Shown: piece by piece, positions 7,313 to 17,106 of the stretch
Layout: the number at the start of each line of letters is the position of its first letter
Position numbering within the stretch: the stretch's first letter is position 1
Program-made: the position numbers and the translations under genes
From: Myxococcota bacterium
GTDB taxonomy: Bacteria > Myxococcota_A > UBA796 > CAJQPC01
DNA length: 50,101 bases
NCBI GenBank assembly: GCA_036229005.1
Contig: JAZAMN010000035.1
Coordinates: 1 to 50,101 of the forward strand
Direction of reading: 5' to 3'
Notes under the pieces: model-generated
What the model saw: the letters and a program-made list of their open reading frames with translations, nothing else
Databases searched by the model: none
Told to the model about the DNA's origin: nothing

Positions 7313-9553
7313 TCAGGACTCCTCGGCGTCGGTCTTGACGCTGTGCAGCTTGCGCATGGCGCGCTCGATGTCGTCTTCCTGGACCAGCACCAGGTTGGCG
7401 GCGGCGCCCAGGGGGATGAAGGTGTCCCAGCCGCAGACGCGGGTGATGGGGCCGTCGAAGCCGCCCTCCACCAGCAGGGTGAACAGGGCCTCGCTGACGC
7501 CGCCGGTCTTGCGGGTCTCGTCCACGATCAGCACCTTGCCGGTGGCCTGGGCCTCGCGCAGGATGTCCTGGTCGGGGAAGGGGGCCAGCCAGCGCAGGTC
7601 GACCACCCGGGCGTTGATCCCCTCGGCGCGCAGGCGCTCCGCGACCCGCAGCGACATCCAGAGGCCGTTGGCCCAGGACAGGATCGTCATGTCCTCGCCG
7701 GCGCCGTGGGTCTTCGCGGAGCCGATGGGCACCGGGGGTGCTTGGGGGGTGTACTCAGAGCTCCAGAGGCCATCCCCCTCCTCGTGCAGGTCCTTGGTCA
7801 TGTAGAGCGCGATGGGCTCCAGGAACGCGACCACTGCGCCGTCGACGTGGGCCGCGGCCAGGCAGGTCTTGAGCATGCCCACGGCGTCCTCGCCGTTGCT
7901 GGGGGAGGCCAGGATCAGGCCGGGGATGTCCCGCAGCGAGGTGATGCTGTTGTCGTTGTGGAAGTGCCCGCCGAAGCCCTTCTGGTAGGCGTAGCTGGCG
8001 ATGCGCATGACCATGGGGTTGCGGAACTGGCGCTGGGAGAAGAACTGCAGGCTGGCGGCCTCGCCGCGGATCTGGTCGACCGCGTTGTGGAGGTAGGCCA
8101 GGTACTGGATCTCCGGGACCGGCAGCATGCCCATCTGGCCGGCGCCCAGGGCGGTCCCCAGGATGCTCTGCTCGTCCAGCAGGGTGTTGAAGACGCGGCC
8201 CACGCCGGCCTTCTTGGAGAGGTCCGCGGTGACGTGGTAGACGCCGCCCTTCTTGGCCACGTCTTCGCCGAAGATCAGCATCTCCGGGTACTTGAGCAGG
8301 GCGTCGCCCAGAGCGCGGTTGAGCTGCATGGCCAGGTGCCGCGGGCGGTCGGCTTCCGGGAGGCGACGTCCCCAGAAGTCGGAGCGGATCTCGGGGTCTA
8401 CCTGCCTGCGGGCCTCAACGTCGATGGCCTCGTGGTCCAGGGGCGCCAGGGGGGCGATGACCTCCTCGGGCGAGGTGATCTTGGGGCGGGAGATGGCCTC
8501 TCTCCCCAGGGCGTGGATGCGGGTGCGCAGGCTCTCGTAGATCTCCAGGATCTGGGCGGGGGTGCACCAACCCTGCTCCACCAGCAGGCGGGCGGTGGCC
8601 AGCACGGGGTCCTGGGCCTCCTTGGACTCGATCTGCGAGAGCGACTGGTAGAGCTGCTCGACGTCGGAGCCGGCGTGGCCCAGCAGGCGGACCACGCGCA
8701 GGTGCAGGAAGGCGGGCTTGCGGTGGGTGCGCACCCAGTCGACGGCCTCGCGGGCGGCGCGCACGGCGTCCACGATGTCCAGGCCGTCCCCGGGGAAGTA
8801 CTTGAGGCCGGGGCGGTGGCCATAGGCGGCGTTGATCCAGCCTTCGGGGGTGTTGACGGAGATGCCCATGCCGTTGTCTTCGCAGACGAACAGCAGGGGG
8901 ACCGGCACGTTCTGCCAGGCGGCCCAGACGGCGGCGTTGACGGCCCCGGTGGCAGTGGAGTGGTTGGCGCTGGCGTCGCCGAAGGTGCACAGGGCGATGC
9001 TGTCCTGGGGCAGGTCGCTGGGCAGGCCCAGGCGGCGCATGCGGTCGATCGCGAAGGCCGCGCCCATGGCCTTGGGCAGGTGGCTCGCGATGGTGCTGGT
9101 CTGGGGCGGGACGTTCAGGCTCAGGGAGCCGAAGACCTTGTGGCGGCCGCCGGCGATGGGCTCGTCCGCGGAGGCCGCCATGCCCAGCAGCACGTCCAGC
9201 AAGGGGGTCTCGCCGGGGACCTGGCTGGCGCGGTGCAGGAAGAAGCCGCCGCTGCGGTAGTGCAGGAAGGCGGGGTCGGTGGGGCGCGTCGCGTGGGCCA
9301 CGGCGGCGTTGCCCTCGTGGCCGGAGCTGCCGATGGTGTAGAAGCTCTCGCCCTGGGCCTTGAGCTCGCGGGCGTGGAAGTCGAGCTGGCGGCTGGCCAC
9401 CATGCTCTGGAAGAGGTCCAGCGTCTCGCGGGCGCTGAGGTCGGCGCCGGGGCGCACGGGGCTGTCCAGATCACCGCGGGCGGGCCCGGGCTGGAGGGCA
9501 GCGACGCCGTCCAGGAAGTTCTGGTCCACGACGGAGGCACGGTTCACCGCCAT
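7313..9553 (-). CDS. Fused alpha/beta TPP-dependent 2-oxoacid dehydrogenase E1 (branched-chain type)
   Basis: YTIGSSGHEG, FGDAS...EDNGMGIS TPP motif, GEDVAKKGGVY, EIQYLAY, GGHFHN and a transketolase C-terminal domain. Confidence 0.92.
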   Translation of the reverse strand: MAVNRASVVDQNFLDGVAALQPGPARGDLDSPVRPGADLSARETLDLFQSMVASRQLDFHARELKAQGESFYTIGSSGHEGNAAVAHATRPTDPAFLHYRSGGFFLHRASQVPGETPLLDVLLGMAASADEPIAGGRHKVFGSLSLNVPPQTSTIASHLPKAMGAAFAIDRMRRLGLPSDLPQDSIALCTFGDASANHSTATGAVNAAVWAAWQNVPVPLLFVCEDNGMGISVNTPEGWINAAYGHRPGLKYFPGDGLDIVDAVRAAREAVDWVRTHRKPAFLHLRVVRLLGHAGSDVEQLYQSLSQIESKEAQDPVLATARLLVEQGWCTPAQILEIYESLRTRIHALGREAISRPKITSPEEVIAPLAPLDHEAIDVEARRQVDPEIRSDFWGRRLPEADRPRHLAMQLNRALGDALLKYPEMLIFGEDVAKKGGVYHVTADLSKKAGVGRVFNTLLDEQSILGTALGAGQMGMLPVPEIQYLAYLHNAVDQIRGEAASLQFFSQRQFRNPMVMRIASYAYQKGFGGHFHNDNSITSLRDIPGLILASPSNGEDAVGMLKTCLAAAHVDGAVVAFLEPIALYMTKDLHEEGDGLWSSEYTPQAPPVPIGSAKTHGAGEDMTILSWANGLWMSLRVAERLRAEGINARVVDLRWLAPFPDQDILREAQATGKVLIVDETRKTGGVSEALFTLLVEGGFDGPITRVCGWDTFIPLGAAANLVLVQEDDIERAMRKLHSVKTDAEES

Positions 9554-9607
9554 TGGGTGCTCCTTCTGAGTGTCCCTGGCCCTATCTGAGTGGGCGATCG
9601 GGTCAAG

Positions 9608-10462
9608 TCAGGCGGGCTTCTGAAGTCCGGTGGCGCTCTCCGCCTTGCGCGCGTGCACCATCAACGCCCCGACGGGAGCCCCCGCGCCGCGCTCCCCGAA
9701 GGCCGAGAACGCCCGAGAGAGCAGCGCCGCGTGGGGGCGATGTCCCACCTGGGAGGCCGCCTGCGACAGGGCGTCGGCCCAGGCCTGGAAGCCGGCGCTC
9801 ACGGGCCCGCTGAGGTCCTGGATCCGGATGTCCACAAAGCCCAGGCGCTCCAGGTGGTGTCGCCACTGCTGCTCGCTGGCGAGCTGCACGCCGCCCATGG
9901 CCTTGCACCAGATCGGGATCAGCGGCTGGTCGGGGAGCTGGTGGTGCCGGGGGCTGGTGCTCCAGTCCGCGATGGCCAGGTGTCCGCCCGGCTTGAGCAC
10001 GGTCCACGCCTGGTGCAATGCCTGCGGCAGGTCACGGCACTGGCTGAGGGACTGCAGCGCGGTCACCACGTCGAAGCGATCGCTGGGGAAGGGCACCCGG
10101 TCGATGTCCCCCCCGTGAAAGTGAACGCGCTCGCCGGCAAAGCGCAGCCGGGCCTGCTCGACCTGCTTGGGGCCCAGCTCCAGGCCGTGGGCGTGGTCGG
10201 CGCGCTCCCCGATGGCTGCGGTGCCCCCGCCCAGTCCGCTGCCCAGGTCCAGCCAGTCGCCACCACCCGGCAGGGGCGCGATCAGCGTCTCCAGCAAGGC
10301 GACCTGGGCGGAGGGGATGTCGCTGCCCAGGTCGAAGCGCCCCATGGAGGTCATCCCCGTGTGGCCGGCTGCCTCTTCAAAGAGGGCGTTGTAGCGCCGG
10401 TTCCAGGCCGTCACGCGCCGCTTGGGGTCCAGTCGGAGCCAGGGGCTTCGGTCGCGCAGCAT
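9608..10462 (-). CDS. Class I SAM-dependent methyltransferase
   Basis: WLDLGSGLGG motif I; PFPSDRFDVV; VLKPGGHLAIAD. Confidence 0.85.
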   Translation of the reverse strand: MLRDRSPWLRLDPKRRVTAWNRRYNALFEEAAGHTGMTSMGRFDLGSDIPSAQVALLETLIAPLPGGGDWLDLGSGLGGGTAAIGERADHAHGLELGPKQVEQARLRFAGERVHFHGGDIDRVPFPSDRFDVVTALQSLSQCRDLPQALHQAWTVLKPGGHLAIADWSTSPRHHQLPDQPLIPIWCKAMGGVQLASEQQWRHHLERLGFVDIRIQDLSGPVSAGFQAWADALSQAASQVGHRPHAALLSRAFSAFGERGAGAPVGALMVHARKAESATGLQKPA

Positions 10463-11331
10463 CAGCTCTCCAGGGCCCGCTCCACCAGTCCCTCGCGAAG
10501 GGCCGCGCGGGAGAGCAGCAGCGTCTCGGCCGTCAACCCCTCAAGGATACATCCAAGCGCCAGCGCGCCCGCCTTGAGGGTGTCGGCGCGGCGGGGATCC
10601 GAGCCCGGCAGGGAGGTGGGATCGGGGTGCTGCAGCACCTCTCGGATGCACCGCTCCAGGGCCAGTCGGGGCACCGCGCGTCCTTGCAGCGGATCCGCAG
10701 GCGATGACAGGCCGGCCGCGACCAAGGCCATGCGGCCCAGGGTCAGCGCGGTCCCGGCGGTGAGCACCACGGGGGGCAGGTCGCGCGCGAAGAACTGGCT
10801 GGCCCCGCTCAGGCCCCGGCGGCACCAGGCCACCCGCGCATCGTCGGGCTGCTGGGCGGCGGAGATGTGGCCGACGTTGAGGCTGAGCAGCTCCTCGAGC
10901 TGGGCGCCGTGGCCCAGAGCGAACTCGGTGCTGCGGCCACCCAGGTCGATGACCAGCGCGGCGTCCAGGTCCAGGGCCGCGCACGCGCCCTTGTAGATCA
11001 GCGTGGCCTCGTCGTTGCCGGAGAGCACCTCGAGCTGGAGGCGGTGGGGTGCCAGGAGGTGGGCCAGCTCGTGGCCATTGGACGCATCCCTCAGAGCCGC
11101 CGTCGCAGACACCGTGTGCAGAGAGGCCCCCAGGGACTGGGCCTTGGTCTGGAACTCCAGCAGCGCGGTCACGGCCGCCTGCATGGCCTGGGGGCGCAGT
11201 CGGCCCTGGTCCAGGTCTCCCAGGCGCACGGCGGCGCGGGCGGTGTGCAGGGTGGTGCGGCCTTGGGGCCCGGATTCCACCACCTGCAGGTGCAGGGAGT
11301 TGGAGCCCATGTCGACGACAGCGACCTTCAC
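10462..11331 (-). CDS. Ppx/GppA family phosphatase (short form, no HD domain)
   Basis: AVVDMGSNSLHL, ATAALRDASNG, VLSGNDEA, IDLGGRSTE, ALREGL. Confidence 0.88.
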   Translation of the reverse strand: MKVAVVDMGSNSLHLQVVESGPQGRTTLHTARAAVRLGDLDQGRLRPQAMQAAVTALLEFQTKAQSLGASLHTVSATAALRDASNGHELAHLLAPHRLQLEVLSGNDEATLIYKGACAALDLDAALVIDLGGRSTEFALGHGAQLEELLSLNVGHISAAQQPDDARVAWCRRGLSGASQFFARDLPPVVLTAGTALTLGRMALVAAGLSSPADPLQGRAVPRLALERCIREVLQHPDPTSLPGSDPRRADTLKAGALALGCILEGLTAETLLLSRAALREGLVERALES

Positions 11332-11345
11332 GGCGCCTCCAGCGT

Positions 11346-11819
11346 TCAGGTGCGCGCGGCCAGGGCGAAGCTGGGGGGCGCGAAGAAGATGAGCTCGGCG
11401 GGCTTGCGCGGGGGCAGGTCGTCGATGCGGAAGCAGGCCACGCTGGCCTCCTCGAAGGCCATCAGGCCCTCGGCGCCGATCAGGCGGGCGGCCATCCGGG
11501 AGAGTCCGGGTTCGTGGCCGATGATCAGGGGGTCGATCAGGTCGCGCCAGCCCAGCTCCTCCAGCAGGATGGGCTCGGCCTGCACGACCTCTCCCAGGAC
11601 CTCCAGAGGCAGGCCGGGGTACTGCTCGATGACCAGCTCGGCCGTCTGGCGCGAGCGCAGCAGGGGGGAGCAGACCACGGCACCGGGCAGCCAGCCGCCG
11701 TTGTGGAGGCCGCGGACCACGTCGCGCACGATGGCGCGGCCCGGGTCGGTGAGGGGGCGGCCAGCGTCCGATTGGGAGTAGCGCTCGGCCAGGCCATGTC
11801 GCATGAGGGTGAGCAGCAT
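11346..11819 (-). CDS. sixA: Phosphohistidine phosphatase SixA family
   Basis: LMRHGLA...DAGRPLTDPGR...SPLLRSRQTAE...IGHEPGLS. Confidence 0.88.
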   Translation of the reverse strand: MLLTLMRHGLAERYSQSDAGRPLTDPGRAIVRDVVRGLHNGGWLPGAVVCSPLLRSRQTAELVIEQYPGLPLEVLGEVVQAEPILLEELGWRDLIDPLIIGHEPGLSRMAARLIGAEGLMAFEEASVACFRIDDLPPRKPAELIFFAPPSFALAART

Positions 11820-11823
11820 GTCT

Positions 11824-12489
11824 CTACAGACCGGCTCCCTTGGGAGCGAACACATGGCCCTGCGCGCGGGCCGCCTGGACGACGGCTGCGAGCAGGGTGG
11901 ACTCGCTGTTCCTGTCGGCCAGATCGCGGGCCGCCTCCAGGTAGGGGACGGGATCGTCCGCGTGGGCGCGGGCCTGACAGAGGCGGGCCAGCACGCGCTC
12001 CCGGACGCAGGTGGGCGGCAGGGCCTGCGCGCGCTCCCAGGCGTCATCGGAGAGGGAGAGGGCCTGGGGGTTGTCGACGCTCGCGTGTGCACTGGCCCGG
12101 GCGATCACGGCCATGCACGCATCTTGAGGTGTCTTGGCGTCGGCGAGGACATCGGCCAGCGGACGGGCGAGCTGCTCCTGGGCGTCCAGGGACAGGCCCG
12201 TCTGCTTGGCCTGCTCGGCGAGCTCGGCGTAGAGCTGGGTGTTGAGCCCGCGCAGGGCCTGGTAGCCGACCTGGTCGTCCAGCTCGCGGGCGATGCGCAT
12301 GGCGGCGCGCAGGCACTCCTTGGCCTCGCTCAGGCGCGCGAGCTGCATCAGGGCCTGGGCCCGCAGGCCCAGGGCAGGCCCACGCAGGGAGAGCGGTGGA
12401 TCCTGATCCAGGACCTGACCCAGCAGCCCCTCGGCTTCCTGGGGACGCCCGTGACGGAGGGCCGCCACGGCCTGGTCCATCGCCCTCAA
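11824..12489 (-). CDS. Helical-repeat (TPR-like) hypothetical protein
   Basis: Ala/Leu-rich amphipathic helices; tightly packed in the operon. Confidence 0.6.
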   Translation of the reverse strand: MRAMDQAVAALRHGRPQEAEGLLGQVLDQDPPLSLRGPALGLRAQALMQLARLSEAKECLRAAMRIARELDDQVGYQALRGLNTQLYAELAEQAKQTGLSLDAQEQLARPLADVLADAKTPQDACMAVIARASAHASVDNPQALSLSDDAWERAQALPPTCVRERVLARLCQARAHADDPVPYLEAARDLADRNSESTLLAAVVQAARAQGHVFAPKGAGL

Positions 12490-13622
12490 CGGCGGGCCTT
12501 GAAGGCGAGCTCGGCGACCTGGGACTCCAGGAGCTTGGGCACCAGGTGCTCACCGGGGGTGATGCGGGTGTTGGCCAGGTGCTCCAGGGTGTGGCCGAGC
12601 AGGGCGAAGTGCAGGAGCACGGGCTCGGGGGAGCCGGCGTTGAGCACGATGTTCAGGGGGTTGCCCTTGCCCAGGACGCTCAGCCAGGGGCCGTCGGAGC
12701 GCAGGCGGTAGCGCACGCAGTGGGGGCCGAGCTCGTCGCCCTCGACCGCGGCGCCGCGCAGGCCCTTGACGTCGATCTCGTCGCTGCCGTGGCCGGCGTT
12801 GACCAGGATCAGGTCGGACTCGACGGCCTCCAGGCGCTCCAGGGGGAGGGCCCCGCTGGTGCCCGTGACGGTGACGGCGATGTCCGCGCGCTCCAGGCCC
12901 TCTTCCAGGGTGGGGCAGGGGAAGCCGTCGTAGAGCGCCACGAGGCGGCGGATGGGGTCGACCTCGATGACCTCGACGCTGGCGCCCAGGCCCCGGGCGT
13001 AGTGGGCCAGGCCCTGTCCGGTGGGGCCGTAGCCGATCACCAGGGCCTTGCGGCCGCTGAGGTGCATGCCGGTGATGCGGGTGACGGCGGGCCAGAGGCC
13101 CTCGCCGACGCCGTGGCGGTTCTCGACGTTGTGCTTGAGGGCGCCGTCGTTGATGTTCATCACGCCAAAGGGGGGCGGCCGGCGGCGCAGGCGGTTGATG
13201 CCCGTCCGGGTGATCTCGATGCCCGCGCGCACGGAGGTGGCCTGGTCGGCCCGCTGGTCCATCAGGGTGCGGATCAGCTCGTAGCCCACGTCCACGATCA
13301 GCTCGGGCTCGGCGTCCAGGGTGGCCCGGTGCCGGTGGTTGTTGTCGCGGCCGGTGTAGACCTGGATGCCCTGTTGGCGGAGCAGCTCGACCACGCCGGG
13401 GTCGGTGGTGTGCTCGTTGGCCGCGCAGACCACCCACTCGCCGCCGCCCAGGGCCAGCTCGCGCAGCAGGGCCGCGGTGAGGGTGGTCAGGTGGGCGTTG
13501 ACCGCGATGGTCGTGTCTTCCCAGGGGCGCCGCGCCGCCCAGCCCAGGCCCATGCGGGGCAGGAGAGGGAAGTAGGTGTTGATGCGGGCGACCTCTGCCG
13601 CGGCGGCGGTGGCTCGATCCAT
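12486..13622 (-). CDS. Divergent adenosylhomocysteinase-family protein
   Basis: NAHLT, EITRTGINRL, NINDGALKHNVENRHGVGE, VIGYGPTGQG (NAD-binding), NAGHGSDEID. Confidence 0.88.
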   Translation of the reverse strand: MDRATAAAAEVARINTYFPLLPRMGLGWAARRPWEDTTIAVNAHLTTLTAALLRELALGGGEWVVCAANEHTTDPGVVELLRQQGIQVYTGRDNNHRHRATLDAEPELIVDVGYELIRTLMDQRADQATSVRAGIEITRTGINRLRRRPPPFGVMNINDGALKHNVENRHGVGEGLWPAVTRITGMHLSGRKALVIGYGPTGQGLAHYARGLGASVEVIEVDPIRRLVALYDGFPCPTLEEGLERADIAVTVTGTSGALPLERLEAVESDLILVNAGHGSDEIDVKGLRGAAVEGDELGPHCVRYRLRSDGPWLSVLGKGNPLNIVLNAGSPEPVLLHFALLGHTLEHLANTRITPGEHLVPKLLESQVAELAFKARR

Positions 13623-13725
13623 GCTGTGCTCCCAGGGTGTCTTGGGCCTAATCCGTCTCTGCCCGGGGAGGGAGGGATTGTGGGAGAGTGGACACCGGGG
13701 CCCACCAAGCAGCCTGGAGCGCGCC

Positions 13726-14049
13726 GTGACCAAGAAAGCCACCCACCCCGCCTACGAGGACCTGCTGGGCCGCCTGGAGGCCGGTGGCGTCGCGCTGGAC
13801 CGGGGCAAGCTCTTTGGGATGCCCTGCGTGAAGTCGGCCGGGAAGGCCGTGATCGGGGCCTTTGATGGCGCCGTCGTCTTCAAGCTCGCGGGCCAGGCCC
13901 ACGCCGACGCCCTGGCCCTCCCTGGCAGTCGGCTCTTTGATCCCTCCGGCAAGGGCCGCCCCATGAAGGCCTGGGTGGTCGTCGAGGAGGCCGGGGCCTG
14001 GGACGGGCTGGCCCAGGCGGCGCTCGCGGGGAGCACCACCGGGGCTTGA
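13726..14049 (+). CDS. Small TfoX-N/YjbR-like protein
   Basis: GKLFGMPC...GKA...VFKL...FDPSGKGRPMKAWVVV; GGAG precedes the GTG. Confidence 0.7.
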   Translation: MTKKATHPAYEDLLGRLEAGGVALDRGKLFGMPCVKSAGKAVIGAFDGAVVFKLAGQAHADALALPGSRLFDPSGKGRPMKAWVVVEEAGAWDGLAQAALAGSTTGA

Positions 14050-14050
14050 C

Positions 14051-15535
14051 TCAGCGGGCGCCGACCCCGGACAGCTCCGAGCCCGCGACGTTGGTCACGC
14101 TGGCGCTGGCGCTGGGGACGAGGGCCTCGAAGGCGGCCTCCACCTGGCCGGCGCTCTTGCCGTTCCAGTACGCGCCGTCGCTCTGGAAGCGGATGCCCGA
14201 CCAGTCCGAGTCGGAGTCGCTGGTGAACACCTTGGAGGTCACCGCGTTCCCGCCGTCCGCGCTGAGCTCGGCGTGGCCGTACAGCTTCATGAAGGCGGGG
14301 GTGTCCCGCACGTCGTAGGCGCTCAGGTCGACGCTCCCCAGGCCGTCTCCCGGGCGGGTGGCGACCAGGTTGACCCTGAAGGCCGCGGTGCTGGCGCCGC
14401 TACAGCTCACGTGGTCGAAGTCCATCGCGGTGCTCAGGGAGGTCTCCCACTCCAGCACGCCGAAGCAGAAGTCGGGGGAGCCGGTGACCTCGGCGTCCAC
14501 CACGCTGCCCCAGCTCCGCTCGGTGACCAGCCCGTAGTCGCTGGTGTCGCTGACGCTGAGGCCGGCGACGCTCAGGTTGGTGTAGACCGCGCTCAGGCCG
14601 ATCTGCGCGCTCTGGATCTCGGTGTCGGAGACCGTTGCGTCCATGGCGTCGATGTAGACGCCCGCGCCGTCGATGTCCTGGATCAGGCAGTCCTGCAGCT
14701 CCAGGTCCACCCACTCGCTGACGTGGATCCCGTCGCCGCCGCTGACACGGTTGACCTCGCTTCGGACCACGCGGAGGACGGAGTAGGAGGACTCCGTGGT
14801 GTTCTCCTGGTGGACTGCACCGCCCAGGGCGCCATCCACCTCCACCTCCTGGATCGTGCAGTCGAAGAGGTCGAGGTCACCGGCGCTGTCGATGCCGCGG
14901 AAGTGCTCGATGGTGGTGTGGTCCAGGCGGCTCTGGTGGTTCAGGCCCAGGATCAGCCGCTCCCAGTCCCCGGCGCCGGGGCTGCTCTTGGACGAGGCGA
15001 TGTGCACCGGGCGGCTCTTGGTGCCGGGGGCCAGCAGGGCGTCGTTGACCGTGAGGGTGGACAGGGGCTTGACCAGCAGGGTGGTGCCGGCGTCCAGCTC
15101 CAGGCGGTCGAACTCCAGGTCGCCCTGGGCGATCCAGGTGTAGAAGCGGCTGAGGTTGGCGTCGCCGTAGTAGCCCGCGGACAGGGAGGTGGAGGGCATC
15201 TCGCCCTGGCACCAGGAGTCGACGTCCGGGTCGCTGCCGCAGGTGTCGGGGCAGTCGATGCGCGCCTCGGTGCCGTTGTCGCAGAGGATGACGTCGTCGC
15301 CGTCGCAGCGCGTGTAGAGGTCTCCGGCGTCGCAGGTCTCGGTGGGGTCGCCGGTGTCGTCGCCGCCGCCGGTGTCGTCGCCGGTGTCGGTGTCGTCGCC
15401 GGTGTCGGTGGGGTCTCCGCTGTCGCTCTCCTGGGCGGTGTCGCGGGAGCCGTCGTCGCCGGAGGGTCCGGAGAGCAGCCCGCAGCCGGTGAGGAGGAGG
15501 GAGAGACCGAAGGGAGGGAGGACGACGCGTCGCAT
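14051..15535 (-). CDS. Lipoprotein with D/T/G-rich linker, Cys-rich segment and probable parallel beta-helix domain
   Basis: Lipobox LLTGC; GDDTDTGDDTG repeats; GTKSRPVHIAS...PGAGDW motif followed by beta-helix-like repeats. Confidence 0.8.
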   Translation of the reverse strand: MRRVVLPPFGLSLLLTGCGLLSGPSGDDGSRDTAQESDSGDPTDTGDDTDTGDDTGGGDDTGDPTETCDAGDLYTRCDGDDVILCDNGTEARIDCPDTCGSDPDVDSWCQGEMPSTSLSAGYYGDANLSRFYTWIAQGDLEFDRLELDAGTTLLVKPLSTLTVNDALLAPGTKSRPVHIASSKSSPGAGDWERLILGLNHQSRLDHTTIEHFRGIDSAGDLDLFDCTIQEVEVDGALGGAVHQENTTESSYSVLRVVRSEVNRVSGGDGIHVSEWVDLELQDCLIQDIDGAGVYIDAMDATVSDTEIQSAQIGLSAVYTNLSVAGLSVSDTSDYGLVTERSWGSVVDAEVTGSPDFCFGVLEWETSLSTAMDFDHVSCSGASTAAFRVNLVATRPGDGLGSVDLSAYDVRDTPAFMKLYGHAELSADGGNAVTSKVFTSDSDSDWSGIRFQSDGAYWNGKSAGQVEAAFEALVPSASASVTNVAGSELSGVGAR

Positions 15536-15682
15536 GGCAGGGCCCGGTTCGGGGGGCGCTCAATCGGCCGCGCGGCAGTCATCTCCCGGGGGCCAGAGCT
15601 CGGCTTGGGTGTACCGAGCGCCCCGGGGGAGGGGACAGCGTCACTTGGTGACTCTGTGTGTCAGAGGCAGTGCCTTTGTGTC

Positions 15683-15824
15683 CTCGGATTCGGAGGCCGA
15701 CGCGTCCGCTTCGAGCGGAACCCCGTCGCGTCGGCCCCGAATCCCGCGAGCTTCATGCCTGAAGCGAGCCGGGCTCCCATTTGGGAGCCCGTACAGGGGG
15801 TGTGGGGGACCTTGTCCCCCACAA
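15683..15824 (-). repeat. Dispersed copy of the ~148-bp multi-hairpin repeat
   Basis: Reverse complement aligns along its length with 129-270. Confidence 0.85.
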
Positions 15825-15846
15825 GAATCCTGAGTTCCTTCGGAAC

Positions 15847-17106
15847 TCAGGTCCCCTCGAGGTAAGCATCCTGGTAGGCGACCTGCTCGGGGGTGAGCTT
15901 GTCGATCTCGATGCCCATGGTGTGCAGCTTGGTCAGGGCCAGCTCCTGGTCCTGCTCGTCGGTGATGTCGTGGACGGTCACCTCGAGGTCCTTGCCCTGC
16001 TGGGCCATGTGGATCATGCCCAGCACCTGGTTGGCGAAGGACATGTCCATGACCTCGGAGGGGTGGCCCTCGGCGGCGGACAGGTTCACCAGACGGCCCT
16101 GGCCGATCACGTAGATGCGGCGGCCGTCGGCCATCACGTACTCCTCCAGGTTGTCGCGGATCTGGCGCTTGGAGGTGGCCAGCTCCTCGAGCTCACCCAG
16201 GTTGATCTCGCAGTCGTAGTGGCCGGTGTTGCAGACGATCGCGCCGTCGCGCATCACCTTGAAGTGCTCCTTGGTGATGATGTCCTTCATGCCGGTCGCG
16301 GTCATGAAGATGTCGCCCCAGGGAGCGGCCTTGTCCATGGTCATGACCTGCATGCCTTCCAGGGTGGCCTTGAGCGCGGCGGTGGGCTGGATCTCGGTGA
16401 TCGCCACGTGGCTGCCCATGCCCTTGGCGCGCATGGCGACGCCCTTGCCGCAGTGGCCGTAGCCGGCGACCACGAAGTTCTTGCCGGCCAGCAGGACCGA
16501 GGTGGCCCGCAGCACGCCGTCCAGGGAGGACTGGCCGGTGCCGTAGACGTTGTCGAAGTCCCACTTGGTCTGGGCGTCGTTGATGGCCATGACGGGGTAC
16601 TTGAGGGCCCCGGCCTTGGCCATGGCGCGCAGGCGGTGAACGCCCGTGGTGGTCTCCTCGGTGCCGCCCAGGATGCCCTCGGCCAGCTCGGGGAAGTGGG
16701 TGTGCACGCGGGTGATCAGGTCCGCGCCGTCGTCCAGGGTCAGGGTGGGCTTGAAGTCCAGGGTCCGGTCGATGGCCCAGTAGAACTCCTCGGTGCTCAG
16801 CCCGTGCCAGGCGTAGATGGAGATGCCCTCGGCGGCCAGGGCCGCGGCGATCTCATCGCTGGTGGACAGGGGGTTGCAGCCCGACCAGGAGATCTCGGCG
16901 CCAGCGGCGGCCAGGGTGCGGATCAGGACCGCGGTCTCCTTGGTCACGTGCAGGCAGCCGGCGATGCGCTGGCCAGCCAGGGGCTTGGTCTTCTCGAACT
17001 TCTCCCGGAGGGCCATCATCACGGGCATGCGGGCCTCGGCCCACTCGATCTTGAGCTTGCCGGCCTCGGCGAGGGAGAGGTCTGCGACCTTGAAGTTGTC
17101 AGCCAT
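15847..17106 (-). CDS. ahcY: Adenosylhomocysteinase (short type, no ~40-aa insertion)
   Basis: GCLHVTKET, GCNPLST, LDDGAD, EETTTGV, TKWDFDNVYGTGQS, GYGHCGKG, GRLVNLSAAEGHPSEVMDMSFANQ. Confidence 0.96.
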   Translation of the reverse strand: MADNFKVADLSLAEAGKLKIEWAEARMPVMMALREKFEKTKPLAGQRIAGCLHVTKETAVLIRTLAAAGAEISWSGCNPLSTSDEIAAALAAEGISIYAWHGLSTEEFYWAIDRTLDFKPTLTLDDGADLITRVHTHFPELAEGILGGTEETTTGVHRLRAMAKAGALKYPVMAINDAQTKWDFDNVYGTGQSSLDGVLRATSVLLAGKNFVVAGYGHCGKGVAMRAKGMGSHVAITEIQPTAALKATLEGMQVMTMDKAAPWGDIFMTATGMKDIITKEHFKVMRDGAIVCNTGHYDCEINLGELEELATSKRQIRDNLEEYVMADGRRIYVIGQGRLVNLSAAEGHPSEVMDMSFANQVLGMIHMAQQGKDLEVTVHDITDEQDQELALTKLHTMGIEIDKLTPEQVAYQDAYLEGT

